Assembly: GCF_006345805.1 (NCBI RefSeq)
Contig: NC_043012.1
Span: forward strand, 28,768,001-28,832,000
Length of the DNA stretch: 64,000 nt
Direction of reading: 5' to 3'
From: Octopus sinensis
Lineage: Eukaryota
Shown here piece after piece: positions 1 through 12,689 of the stretch. Position 1 is the stretch's first letter; each line of letters begins with the position of its first letter. A model generated the notes under the pieces. It made no database searches, was not told where the DNA came from, and saw nothing but the letters and a program-made list of their open reading frames with translations. The translations under genes and the position numbers were made by a program.

Positions 1-960
1 CAGGGCCTACAGCAGAGTAGTATTGACCTCATTTATTACTGCTATGATGTCAGTGGCAGTGAAGGTTATGTCTGAGATTTTATGTTGGGAGTCAACTTCG
101 TTCGCTTCTCTTACGTCAATATCAGTGGGAACACTGAAGACAGAGCAGTATTGTTTCTGCAGTATTTCTGCCATTTCTTTAGCATCGTGCTGGGGAATGC
201 CGTTATCATCAATCAATGGCCCAATGGGCGAGACAGTGGTTCTATGCTTATTTGCATAAGAATAGAACACTTTTGGCTTCTGTTTGATGTTTTTGATTAC
301 CCACTGTTCCTCCACAGCTCTTTGATTTTCAATGGAGGTTTTCATGTCGGTCTGCAGATGAAGTTTTTCCAGCTCTAGCCTTTTCATTGTTGTTGAATGT
401 GGATGTTGTGTGTGGGAATATTTTAAGTGGATGATATTTTTGTTGAGTCTTTTGATGCGCCTGATGAGTGTTTTTTTCTTTTTAGAGAGCCGGTTTCTGT
501 TTGTGTTAGTAGATTTCGTGGGAGCGTGTTTAGAGCATGTATAGGTGACAATGTTTTCAAAGTGCTGCCATGCGGTCTCAATATGGGTGAAATTGAGAGT
601 AAAAGACCAGTCGATGAAAGACAGATCCTTTCTGATTGCTTCCCAGTCCGTTTTGTGAAAGTTTATGTTGTCAAATGAGTGCCATGGAGTGGGATTGGCT
701 GGTTTGGTTTTTATATGTCGGGAATTAAAATTTCAGAGTACCATGTCGTGGTCTGAGAGGAGAGTTTTTTTCAACTGAAATGCTGTCAACGAAGCTAGAG
801 TGATTGGTTAATACCAGATCCAAGATCGTTTTATTCTGTCTCGTTGGTTCGAGCACTAGCTGAGTCAGGAAGTATTCATCCATCAGATTAAAGAGCAGTT
901 CTGCTGCTGCTCTATCTGATGTAGAGCATTTGCCTAACTTCAGAGTATTTGTGGGCCAGT
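1..960 (-). mobile_element. CR1-group LINE fragment (C-terminal APE endonuclease plus linker), frameshifted
   Basis: Minus ORFs 725..994 (QLVLEPTRQNKTILDLVLTN, the PTR..LDL endonuclease motif) and 7..387 (KPKVFYSYANK..IGPLIDDNG..EMAEILQKQYCSVFS) match the LINE ORF2 linker; similar to 57490..58918. Confidence 0.8.
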
Positions 961-1019
961 TCACATATATGTATATATATGTATATATATACATATATGT
1001 ATATATATATATACGTATA

Positions 1020-1075
<56 letters not shown>

Positions 1076-1150
1076 ATATATATAATATATATATAATATG
1101 TACATATATATGAATATAAATATGTATATATATGTGTGTGTATATATATG
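961..1150. repeat. (AT)n microsatellite
   Basis: Visible AT dinucleotide array bounding the LINE fragment. Confidence 0.95.
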
Positions 1151-2254
1151 TAGGAAGCGGTGCTTCCTAGGGCTACATAATAGTAGTATTCTTCCCTTTC
1201 ATGGGACTGACACATTAAGTTGACAACTTACCGCCACCACTATATATACACACACATATATGAGTGTGTACATGTGTATGCGCGCATGCGAGTAAACTTT
1301 TCCAGTAATATATTTACTTAGGGTGACTGTGTCTACTTCACAAGGGCTGTTCATAGAAAGACTAAAGAAGTAAGCGAAACAAACTAGTCCCACCACCACT
1401 TCAGCATCAACATCATCATCACTAGCATTGCTTTCAACACTCTTATCACTATAAAAAGCTTAATCATCATCATCATAATGACACTATTCAACAACGCCGA
1501 AAACAGCAGACGACATCATTGTACAGTACAGCACACTACGCTCCACAACACAACAGGTCTATACACATGCCCAAAACACAGTCACGTCTCATCTCAAATT
1601 CAGCGGTGTGATGTAACAGAACCGCTAATCCATAAGTAAACCAGCCGTGCTTCAACTTACTTTGGAGCAGAGAAATTAATAGAATACGGGTTTATTAAAT
1701 AGAACTAATCAATTTCCTAACCGGTTCAGTCCTCATCCAATGCTATCCCCGACTGGTAGAACAATTCCTCAACATATATTCTCCTCAATTCACCGCCACT
1801 TTTGCCCTTGCTTCTAGCAATATTTGTGTCTGCCACCTCTGTCATCACTATCAACTCACCATCAACTACACAAAAACAATATCAACACCTCAGAGCACAA
1901 GGAACACAATGAAGGAAAAATGGGAAAGGAGTCGACGGAATAAAACTCAGAAAACATCTAAGCCAATATCGTAATACAATATTTACAGAGGAGAAAATTG
2001 GTAAATATTGTCAATATATTATTAATTCACCGCTGAAAAATTTTCATGGAAACAGGAAATAGTTTCGACAATCCTACCACAAACCTACTTCTTGTTCATT
2101 GTTCGAATAGAATAAGTATCGTCAACTGCACAGCATATGACGTTTATGAAATATATTAAGAAACAAAAAAAAACAGAACGAACAACTATAATACGTTAAG
2201 ACTTCAATAATCTAGTTGGGTGGAGATAAAATATGTACATGTTTGTATATATGT

Positions 2255-2279
2255 ATGTATGTACATATTGGTATTTGTG

Positions 2280-2371
<92 letters not shown>

Positions 2372-2433
2372 GTGTACGTGTACATATGAATGCGTGTGTG
2401 TGTGGGTGTATATATATATATATATAGTATAAA

Positions 2434-2468
<35 letters not shown>

Positions 2469-2490
2469 TAATAATAATAATAATAACAAC
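2255..2490. repeat. (AT)n, (GT)n and (AAT)n composite microsatellite
   Basis: Visible simple repeats. Confidence 0.95.
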
Positions 2491-2586
2491 AACAAAATGT
2501 AACAACAGAAGAATGAGACCTCGATATTAGAGAAATAGAGGATAATTTATATATGTTATAAATTAGAACAAACAGTAAAAGGTTGT

Positions 2587-2653
2587 CATTATAGTACTCG
2601 GAGTTTCGAATTCCGGTGTGAAGAGCTACGATCATTCTCGTTTGCTATTAATG
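2587..2653 (-). ncRNA. Decayed type-I hammerhead ribozyme motif
   Basis: Minus strand: cattaatag-CAAACGA-gaat..attc-GAAAC-TCCGA-GTA-ctataatg; stems I and II pair, core has two changes including G5. Confidence 0.5.
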
Positions 2654-2769
2654 GCAACAGGCGCCACGAAAAGCCCTTAAATATATGGGGAGTAACTCTA
2701 ATAGGTGGAAAAAGAAAAAAGAAAAATATAAAAATATAATTATATATATTTATAGATAATATATATATT

Positions 2770-2786
2770 ATTATATATATATGTGT

Positions 2787-2843
<57 letters not shown>

Positions 2844-2953
2844 ATACACACAACCATATTCTCACTATGCATAGATATCAGCCTCCTGCGTTCACAACGT
2901 CTACATAGGTACACACACAAACATGTATACTTACATGCACACAGGCACACATG

Positions 2954-3014
<61 letters not shown>

Positions 3015-3148
3015 ATATGTGTGCGCAACCTCATCATCATATACACATAGGTGATTAGATGCATACACGTAACATAATACATATATATTTAGGCATTTAT
3101 ACGTATATATACACAAACATACATAAATATATACATAAATAGATGTAA

Positions 3149-3192
<44 letters not shown>

Positions 3193-3400
3193 CCTATCAC
3201 TCACCTACACCCGCACATATACAGACATATGCATATCTATATAAGTGTCCATGAAAATTGCACATATGCACCGGATAGTCTTACACTAATATACATACTC
3301 GTACATATACTCATACACATATATATATACACATATATATATACACATATATACATATAATATATATACATGCATATACATACACACACACACACTCACA
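2770..3400. repeat. (GT)n/(AT)n/(CA)n composite microsatellite region
   Basis: Visible simple repeats. Confidence 0.9.
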
Positions 3401-3419
3401 CAATTATAAAGGAAAAGGG

Positions 3420-4635
3420 AAAAATGAAAAAGTATATACAAAAAATTTTAAATGAAAACTTAATGGAAGTTAAAACATATTGGACAGTTTGTTCAGGAAC
3501 ATAGTAGAAATGATTTTGGGCAGCCCAAAACCATAAGAGGTATTTTGTGACGTATGGACAGGATCCAAAGAGTTCAGTTCTTGAATTTAAACATGTGTGA
3601 GTGTCTAAGGATCTATTCTAGATGAGCCATCTTTCCATATTACAAAGACCACACTTGCCACTACCTTTGGTATAAGGTTTACACTTGGCTAAGATCTACC
3701 AGTAAATCCTGTTCTTGACAACTTATTATTTTAAGAACCATATATAACTGGATAATTTGGTAGTCTTTGGTTTGTTCCAGTGCCTGAAGCTTAAGGTGTA
3801 ATTGCCGAATCTTGCTTTGAAATTTCCCTTTGTGAGATCCACATATCTCTTGGATGAAACTATTATTAGCATTCGTGGAATTTTCAGTGGATTCATAAAT
3901 AATGGCCTCGGTCATACAAGTTCCATTTAGTGGGCACAGGTCTTTATTCCTTCAGGAACTGCCGGCTTTGTCGTGTTGTGTTGTATTGTGCGTAATTATG
4001 CTTTTAAAGTTTGGAGTAGAACTAAAACTAATTTTTAGGTTATACATATTAAAGAGTTTTCTACATTTGTGATGTATTGGAAAATGTCTATATATAAGTG
4101 ACACGAAACATTTACCTATATTAAAGGTCACTTCGAGAGAGTAAGGGGGTGTGAGCCAGATAATTTTCCTGTGTCTATGTTTCCTTTTCTTTGTTTCTGG
4201 TCTAATAGTACAGGTGTAACCTATTTCTTCTTTAAACCCACTAGCTTTAAGGGAAGTGATATATAGTGATATATAGCATTATTATTGGAGGAGAGGCTAG
4301 AAATTCTCCTACTAATATGCTTAACTAAATTCTTAAACACTATGGGGCGGGGTGACAGAAACTACCTTAAATAAATATTCTTTTGCAAAACTCAAGTAAA
4401 TTGACAACCGTGTCAGGTTGGTATCCATTGTTATGCTAAGATCGAATGTTTTCATAAGTTGGATAATACCCTTCCTTAATCGATCTTGCGCTGGTCCATT
4501 GGTATTCTTAGTTAAGGCTAGAGCATCGTCCCTAACTCTTCGCTCCGGCATTCGAAACTCCGATGTGAATTCGTGTGTTGAAGCATACTTTATTGTGTCG
4601 GGAAGTGTCAGTCTCTCTTGTTGCCGTATTATTTA
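3420..4635 (-). mobile_element. Penelope-like element fragment (late RT to GIY-YIG end), decayed
   Basis: Minus translation gives RDDALAL (RT), AIIYES..ICGSHKGKFQSKI (GIY-YIG remnant) and KPYTKGSGKCGLCNME..LNSRTELFGSC (PLE C-terminus). Confidence 0.8.
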
Positions 4636-4639
4636 ATAC

Positions 4640-4970
4640 ATTTTACCGGTTCGATTTCCACTTGTTTACTTGTTTATTCTTTATTTTAAAATTTTCTTTA
4701 TTCTTTATTTTAAAATAGTCGTTGACTTTATCCGTTTTTCGAGCTGCATTCGTTTTGTTTGTTTGTGCGCATATGTGTTGGTCAGTCTGCGTGCGCATAC
4801 ACATAAGTATGTATGTATATGTGTGTATGCATATATGCATGTATGCATATATATGTGTATGCATGTTTGTATGTATCCTCATATTCATATGTTTGTATGT
4901 GTGTGTGTATGTATTTGTGTGTGTACCTCTGTCTCCGTATGGGTGCATATCTGAGTGTGGAAGGATTTAA
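4640..4970 (+). repeat. Copy 1 of an unclassified 220-330 bp repeat present three times locally
   Basis: Similar to 5720..6170 (+) and 5420..5645 (-), e.g. gttgactttatccg..gagctgc..tttgtgcgcatatgtg..ggtcagt. Confidence 0.7.
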
Positions 4971-4972
4971 CG

Positions 4973-5285
4973 AAAGAGAGGAAGGAGTCTAGATGTTCGC
5001 GGGAGAGTGAGGTGGCACCGATACAGTCGTCAATATAACGACCGTATAGTTCGGGAGTGGGACCAGTGAAACTAGAGAATATTTGGGCCTCAACATAGCC
5101 AACGAACAGGTTCGCATAGTTGGGGCCCATTCGCGTTCCCATGGCCACTCCCCAGAATTGTTGGTAGAACTCGCCCGCGAACGAGAAGCAGTTAAGAGAA
5201 AGGACAAGTTCGGCCAGACGAATGAGTGTGGAGGTGTCGGGTTCGGGGTTGGGGCGGAGGTCGAGAAAGTGTTGAAGTGCACGTA
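4973..5285 (-). mobile_element. Penelope-like RT core fragment, open reading frame
   Basis: LIRLAELVLSLNCFSFAGEFYQQFWGVAMGTRMGPNYANLFVGYVE..YGRYIDDCIG: G.AMG and YIDD motifs, no stops over about 100 codons. Confidence 0.92.
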
Positions 5286-5419
5286 GTTGTGTGTTCGTGC
5301 ATACATATATATATTTATACACACACATACATACATCCATCCATACATACATACATACATACATACATACATACATACATACATACATACATACATACGT
5401 ACATACGTACATACACACA

Positions 5420-5660
5420 TACATATGTGTATGCGCATGCACACTGACTCACAGACATGCGCACAAACAAGCAAAAAAAAAGAACACAGCTACAATAACG
5501 GATAGAGTCAATGATTATTGAAACGGTTGCAAGACGCAACGAAAATTTTAGAAAAAATAAATAAGTAAATGAATGGAAATCGAACCGGTGTGTGTGTTAA
5601 ATAATAAGGCACTAAAAGAGGATGACTCTCCCCAGACACAATAAAATTAGATAAATAAAG

Positions 5661-5718
<58 letters not shown>

Positions 5719-6170
5719 CTGTTGTGTCTAGGGGAGAGTCGTTCTCTTTTAGTGCCTTATGATTTAACACACTCACCAGTAAAATTTCCACGCATTATTT
5801 ATTTTTCATAAAATTTTCGTCGCGTCTTGCATTCTTTTCAATAGTTGTTGACTCTGTCCGTTATCTGAGCTGCGTTCTTTTTGTTTATTTGTGCGCATGT
5901 GTGCGGGTCAGTGTGTGTACGCATACACATGTATGTATGTATGTATGTATGTATGTATGTATGTGTGCGTATGCATGTATGTGTGTGCGTATGTATATAT
6001 GTATGTGTGTACATTTATATGTAACGTATTCTGCAAATCCATGTGTTTGTGTGTTTGTGTTTTTTTTATGTGTGTGTGTGTTTACATGTGTGTATGTGCC
6101 TCTGTCTCCTTGCGTGTGTGCATGTCTGAGTGTGTTTGTGTGTTTTTGTATTGGTTTTTGTGACTATGTA
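5420..6170. repeat. Inverted pair of the same unclassified repeat (5420..5645 minus, 5720..6170 plus) around a (CA)n(AT)n spacer
   Basis: gactctcccagacaca versus tgtgtctaggggagagtc and ~200 bp of further reverse-complement similarity. Confidence 0.75.
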
Positions 6171-6284
6171 CTGTGACAAATACAGGAGTACGTCCTCATA
6201 AATGAAACATCCCCAGTACTAAATAGGAAATATACGTAGTAGCTAATCATACCCCCATACCCACGGTTTATATTTATATACAGG

Positions 6285-7920
6285 TAGAACTACCAACGAA
6301 AACTCATAGACACATGTGACATATTAATCCAACTGCTTGTTCCAATCCTGTACAACACACTCGATCAAATAAGCCAAACAACAGTTATAGGAATCAGGAT
6401 GTCCTCTGGTTCAACACGATTTTCGGTTCCCATGTTTTAACCAAGATCGCTGGAAAACTTTTTGCCGCTTTGGACAAATGTTTTCCTAAATCTAATAGGT
6501 ATCATGTTATTTTTAATCGACACACCATGAAGGTATTCTACCCCAACTTTGTTAATTTGGAGCAGCTTATGCGTCACATAAACAATAGTAAATTGCGACA
6601 AAGGTTCAACACGCCACCAACTGGATCTAGCGAGCATACGCATCTAAATACTAACTAAGGAGATGTAACCCGCAATGAAAAGCACCAATCACAGCCAAAT
6701 TGTATTAGTAGAAATGCCTATGATACAGCTAACACGGTAACTACATCCAAAAATGGAGTTGGAACTGGCATATATGCAAATAAATATGGTAAATGCACAT
6801 ACAGAGAAAAGTTAAAATGCTCATTGATAAACCTCTGTATGAGTACAAATCGTGTATATAAATGTACCGTGCACACAAGGGGAGAGCCGTATGTTTACAT
6901 TGGGTAGACGGCTGATTCATTTAAGAATCGTTACCATTACAATATCGTCAGCTTTAAGAGAATCAATAAGAGACATTCTACATCTTGGCCGATTTTATAT
7001 GGCGACTGAAGGAGGATAAAATCAAGTACAACATAACTTGGTCCATAGTAAGGCACGCGAAATCATACAATATAATTTCCAGGAGATGCCGACTCTGCTC
7101 TGAGGAATCAATGAGAAGATTGTGGACCAATGAGAAGATCATTAATAGAATTTCTGAAAGACTCTCAAGATGCCTATACGCATATAAATGTACTTTCGCA
7201 CAATACAGTGGGAATGAATTTGAGGAACTGTTAGCATAATTTACTTTGAGATATGGATGAATTAAGTTTGGTTTTAACCTCCCATTCTTATAAACAATAA
7301 GTAACTATTTAACTCGCTTTGTGATCGTGAGCGCAGCAAAGCACACACGTGTGCGTATGCTTACATTTTCGCAGATGCTTGTATGAGAAAACGCACACGC
7401 GCCATGCAGCTTGTGTGAGAACGTTTATACATCCATATTTGTTAATGTCTATTATTAATACTTTTTCATTGTATTGCGTGTTCGTTTCCGTATTGTTACC
7501 TTTAATCCTGTTTTTCTTGTGCTTGTGCGTATGTAGACGTATGTATGAACTTTTACGGTGCGCGTGTGTGTGTGTGGGTTTGTATGTATATGCATATCCA
7601 TTTGGCGAAGGATACGAGTGAAGATGTGTACGTTTTTCAAGTGAGGGTGGATGAATGTATGCGTACGCACGTGGGTGTGCGGGCGCATATGTGTAGGTAT
7701 GAACAGACGTACTTACGCAAATACTATGAACTTTTTACCCCCTTTCCTTACTTAGCGGTCATTCGAATATCTCTTTTGTCTTAATAGCAGTCAATAACAC
7801 AGTAATTTCCCTTTGTATAACGGTCATTTTCATAGCGTTTTTCCGATGGCCGGATAACTGAAGAGATGGTGGCGTGGACTTCTACCTCGGCATCCGAAAT
7901 TCGGAGTTTTATCTTGGCTA
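6285..7920 (+). mobile_element. Penelope-like element 3' part (thumb/linker, GIY-YIG, 3' tail with hammerhead)
   Basis: DVLWFNTIFGSHVLTKIAGKLFAALDKCFPKSNRYHVIFNRHT; VYKCTVHT..YVYIG*TADSFKNRY; FIWRLKEDKIKYNITWSIV..CRLCSEE. Confidence 0.9.
7849..7918 (+). ncRNA. Type-I hammerhead ribozyme motif
   Basis: gccggataa-CTGAAGA-gatg..catc-c-GAAAT-TCGGA-GTT-ttatcttggc; canonical core, 6-bp stem I plus extension, one extra C in stem II. Confidence 0.65.
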
Positions 7921-7939
7921 CCGAATAATTGTCACATAT

Positions 7940-8661
<722 letters not shown>

Positions 8662-8709
8662 GTTGCAGGACTTTTTCGAAAGTTGTATTAAACCTTTCCG
8701 CTATAGGTA

Positions 8710-8892
8710 AAAGGCCTGGAATTTTTTGAGAGTGCGATAGTTGACTGCACTGACTTCAATGTTCAAATGGTCAAATGATACTTAAATTTCGATTTCGGAC
8801 GGATGAAAGGCAAAGTCGACCTCGGCGGCATTTGAACTCAGAAGGTAAAGACAGACTAATTGCCGCTAAACTTTTTGTCTGTATAGTGCTAG
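8710..8892 (-). mobile_element. SINE family C partial copy
   Basis: ggatgaaaggcaaagtcgacctcggcggcatttgaactcagaa matches the reverse of 15926..16146. Confidence 0.75.
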
Positions 8893-10390
8893 TTTTTCAT
8901 TTTTTTACCCAATACAAAATCTACTGTCCTGCTTACATTGCAGCACTCTTCTACTTATTTTGAAAATCTGTTGACTTATATCAGGCATTCGAAGCGACAA
9001 ATGCTTGGTGCTCTACAATGTCACTTTTATTCTGACCATTGAATGTCCTAAAATGAATAAGAGACTGCCATTAGAGGATGTCATTGAGGTTACTTATACT
9101 GAGCTCTGGCTTCATAGTTGTACATTTATGGAATTACTATTAACATTACCATTATTATCTAAAGATATGTATGAATAAGGTACCACTTTGAAGATATGAC
9201 AGTAAAGAGTACATCAGCATATACAACACCAAATAGAAAGCAAAACGATCCCTAAATCTTCTAAGACACATTTACGCTCTCCCTCAAAAAAGAATAACAT
9301 AAAAATAATTCCAGTAACCAAGAAAAGAAAAAGAAATCAAGAAGATTTAAACAATGATTCGTCTTATGGAAAAAAAAAAGATCAGGAATCGTATGCAGTG
9401 CAATGGTGGCGAGTTATAATAAATTTGTCGCTATCTCAGTTTATCTCTGCCTGGCTGAGAAACACAAACGGAAATTCGTTGAACATTGACAGAGTTATGG
9501 CGTTATACGTTTATCAATAGTTCTGATCTTCTTAAACTAGATCTTAGTTCTCCTTTTGGTAATTTCTTCTCCATTTATGCATTGGTTGTGGTTATAGATC
9601 ATCCATAAAGATGTCTGTAGAAAAAGCAACGAGAAAAGTCTGTCGCATTCTTAATAAATACAGTCTGTATGATGAAAGAGAATCTATGATTGTGTTTGAG
9701 GGGTGCGCTGACGGAAAAAGTGATCGAGGTTAATTGAAGTGTTATGAAGATGTGAAATTGTGCCGATTATGGTGAATAATGACTTGTGAATGGATACAGT
9801 ACACGGGTAAGGTCAATTAATGGAAATATGCCTAAAGTATATGTTGCTGACCTGAGACAAGTGTGGAACATTTAGTGTGCGATGGTTTTATCATAACATG
9901 CAGTCTTAATGGTTAGTGATACAACCAACGAAAGAAAACTAAGAAGAGAAATGTGGAACATTATGATAAATAAAGATAACCTTTGCAGAGATCGCGTTTT
10001 ACTCTTTGAACTCTATGTCTTAATTGTAGCAGCTGTCCGACTAGCATTGGTACTGGTGAGAGAAAAAGGCCAGAATATAGAATGTAACAGTGAGAAATAG
10101 AATCTATTTTATTTACATTTGAAACAACCGTTATCTACAATTTCCTACTCCATTCTCGATATTTTATCGCTAAATATATAATACTGAGAAAATAAGGTTT
10201 TGTTCTTTTATTTATTTTATATAATTTTTTTTTGACAATAGCATAGTTTGTTGCAGGTTTCCAACCGGCTAATCACTGGTTCACTGCATTTCTGAGAATG
10301 ACAAGAAACATTGTTGGCGCTTCATTTCTTCCTGATTTGTCGAAATACATCGGTGAAAGAGAAACTCATACATGCAAACACACATATGGT

Positions 10391-10634
10391 GGAAGCGCGT
10401 GGCTTAGTGGTTAGGGTGTCAGCACCATGATCGTAAGATTGCGGTTTCGATTCTTGACTGGGCGACGCGTTGTGTTCTTGAGCAAAACTCTTCATTTCAC
10501 GTTGCTCCAGTTCACTCAGCTGGCAAAAATGAGTAACGTTGCGATGGACTGGCGTCCCGTCCAGCTGGGGAACACATGCGCCATAGAAACCAGGAAACCA
10601 GGCCCATGAGCTTGGCTAGGCCTTAAAAGGGCGC
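10391..10634 (+). mobile_element. tRNA-derived SINE family A
   Basis: A box TGGCTTAGTGG, B-box-like GTTTCGATTC, then ttgagcaaaactcttcatttcacgttgctccagttcactcagctgg shared with 26563..26886. Confidence 0.85.
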
Positions 10635-10645
10635 ATTTATATTTT

Positions 10646-10958
10646 GGAGGCACATAGCCTAGTGGGTAGAGCAGCTGACTCGCGGTCGAGGGATCGTGGG
10701 TTCGAATCTCAGACCGGGCGATGTGTGTGTTTATGAGCGAAACACCTAAGCTCCACGCGGCTCCGGCAGAAGGTAATGGCGACCTTCGGCTGACTCTTTC
10801 GCCACGACTTTCTCTCACTCTTTCCTCCTGCATCTAGCAGGTCACCTGCGATGAACCGGCGTCCCGTCCAGGTGGGGAATCTATACGCCAAGAAACCAAG
10901 AAACCGGCCCTTATGAGCCAGGCATGGCTCGAGAAGGAACAAACAACAACAACAAAAC
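10646..10958 (+). mobile_element. tRNA-derived SINE family A2 with (CAA)n tail
   Basis: A box TAGCCTAGTGG, B box GGTTCGAATC, 3' region shared with the preceding SINE; another copy at 41600..41828. Confidence 0.85.
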
Positions 10959-11240
10959 ACACATGTACGCACTCTCATATACACGATTGGAATGTGATAA
11001 ACAGAAATTTGACGTGTGTGTATATGTGCGTGTCTATACACATATCCATCCATATTTGTATATAATAATATGACAACAAAAGAATGAATGAGACCTCGAT
11101 ATTATGTAAAATACCGTCAGCGCACCCCTCACAAACGATCTCTATGTCATATTCTTTTCAATTTACAGAAAACAAAAAACGAAGACAGGTGAGGGAACAA
11201 CGAGCAGGTGTATTAGTTTAACGCTCAAGAAGAATGGAAA

Positions 11241-11303
<63 letters not shown>

Positions 11304-11346
11304 TACCGGAGTAAGCACATAAATGTGAAACAAGGTGGAAAAAAAG

Positions 11347-11569
11347 AGTACTCAAATAACAGAGGTAGAGTAATATGCTTTATTTAAAAGCAGCAGAAAT
11401 TTAACAAAAGCTGTTACTCGGAGTTTCACGTTCCCGTCGTCGGACAGTTTATTTTTTTTTAACAAAACTGTCCGACGAACGGGAACGTAAAACTCCGAGT
11501 AACAGCTTTTGTTAAATTTCTGCTGCTTTTAAATAAAGCATATTACTCTACCTCTGTTATTTGAGTACT
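11347..11569. repeat. ~104-bp-arm near-perfect palindrome, 14-nt spacer, each arm containing a hammerhead-like motif
   Basis: Arms 11347..11450 and 11465..11569 are reverse complements with only two or three differences. Confidence 0.95.
11464..11509 (+). ncRNA. Minimal hammerhead-like motif (C4 variant); mirrored at 11407..11450 on the minus strand
   Basis: aaaactgt-CCGACGA-acg ggaa cgt-AAAAC(GAAAC in the other arm)-TCCGA-GTA-acagcttt. Confidence 0.6.
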
Positions 11570-11581
11570 TTTTATATATAT

Positions 11582-11679
<98 letters not shown>

Positions 11680-12689
11680 TATATATATACATAAATACAT
11701 ATATATATATATATATACACATAGATACGGAACAAATAGTGAGGGATTTTCAATCCGGGCAAAATACTTCATAAGCTCTCTGTTGGCACACCAGACTAAC
11801 AATATTACTTAGATTAGTGAAGAACTCCAGGTAATCTTTTGGTAGGAGTCCAAGTTTATGGTTCATCAAAATTCTAGGGATGGACTCCAGACAAACTGGT
11901 ATTTTTTTTTTTACACAGAGTGATATATAAGAAACAAGTTGAAAATAATAGTCATTACATATTATTCCTTTATTGGAGCAAATTTGGCTTAGAGCTGTTT
12001 CCAGTATTCATTATAGGTACATTACTGATAGGTTTACTGAATTAGTCAGTTGATCATTTGAAGCAAATTGAACGACTCAAGAAAATTCATGCTAATTTTG
12101 TCAGAGCCATTTCTGGTTGTAACAAGCAGACCACTTGAAGAATGGCTATTGTGTCAGGAAGGTGTGTGGAGGGGGGTGAATGGGAATGTTTAAGTAGAAT
12201 AGAGAACAAGGGAGATAGGTTACAAAGTGGTGGAGATAGGTACAGGAATGGTACAGGAGTCATTTACTAGAGGTAGGGGCATTGTAAAGCCAAATTTGGA
12301 AGAGGGATGGTTTGTAGTCAGGTCAGCAGCCATTACTATCTTAGCAAATAGGTTTGATATTCTCTAGCCATTGTGTTGAAAATTGATATGGGTTTTTCAT
12401 GGATATGGTCAGTTTAAGACTGTAATTTTCTGTTTTTAATCCAGCATAGTTGGGGAATAATCTTAGAAAATGAGAGTCTATTTGCAGTCGTATTGTAGAG
12501 GTCATGAATGCTCTCTAACCTATATACAAACAACTTAAATTTATTATTGATAGTTATGAACTTAGTTGGTCTCTCAGATCCTTTTCCAGCTTCCACAAAA
12601 CCAATATGTCAGTATGGGTGCATGAGAAGAATTTAGCGAGAAAGAGCTAAGGAGATTGCGAGACAGATATAGAGATCGCGAGAGAGGAA

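Noticed and set aside
10391-10730. tRNA genes
   Set aside because: A and B boxes are present, but the cloverleafs are incomplete and run into SINE bodies
12100-12600. Decayed LINE endonuclease on the minus strand
   Set aside because: Only a weak IVMAADLTTNHPS resemblance with many stops; not supportable without a profile search
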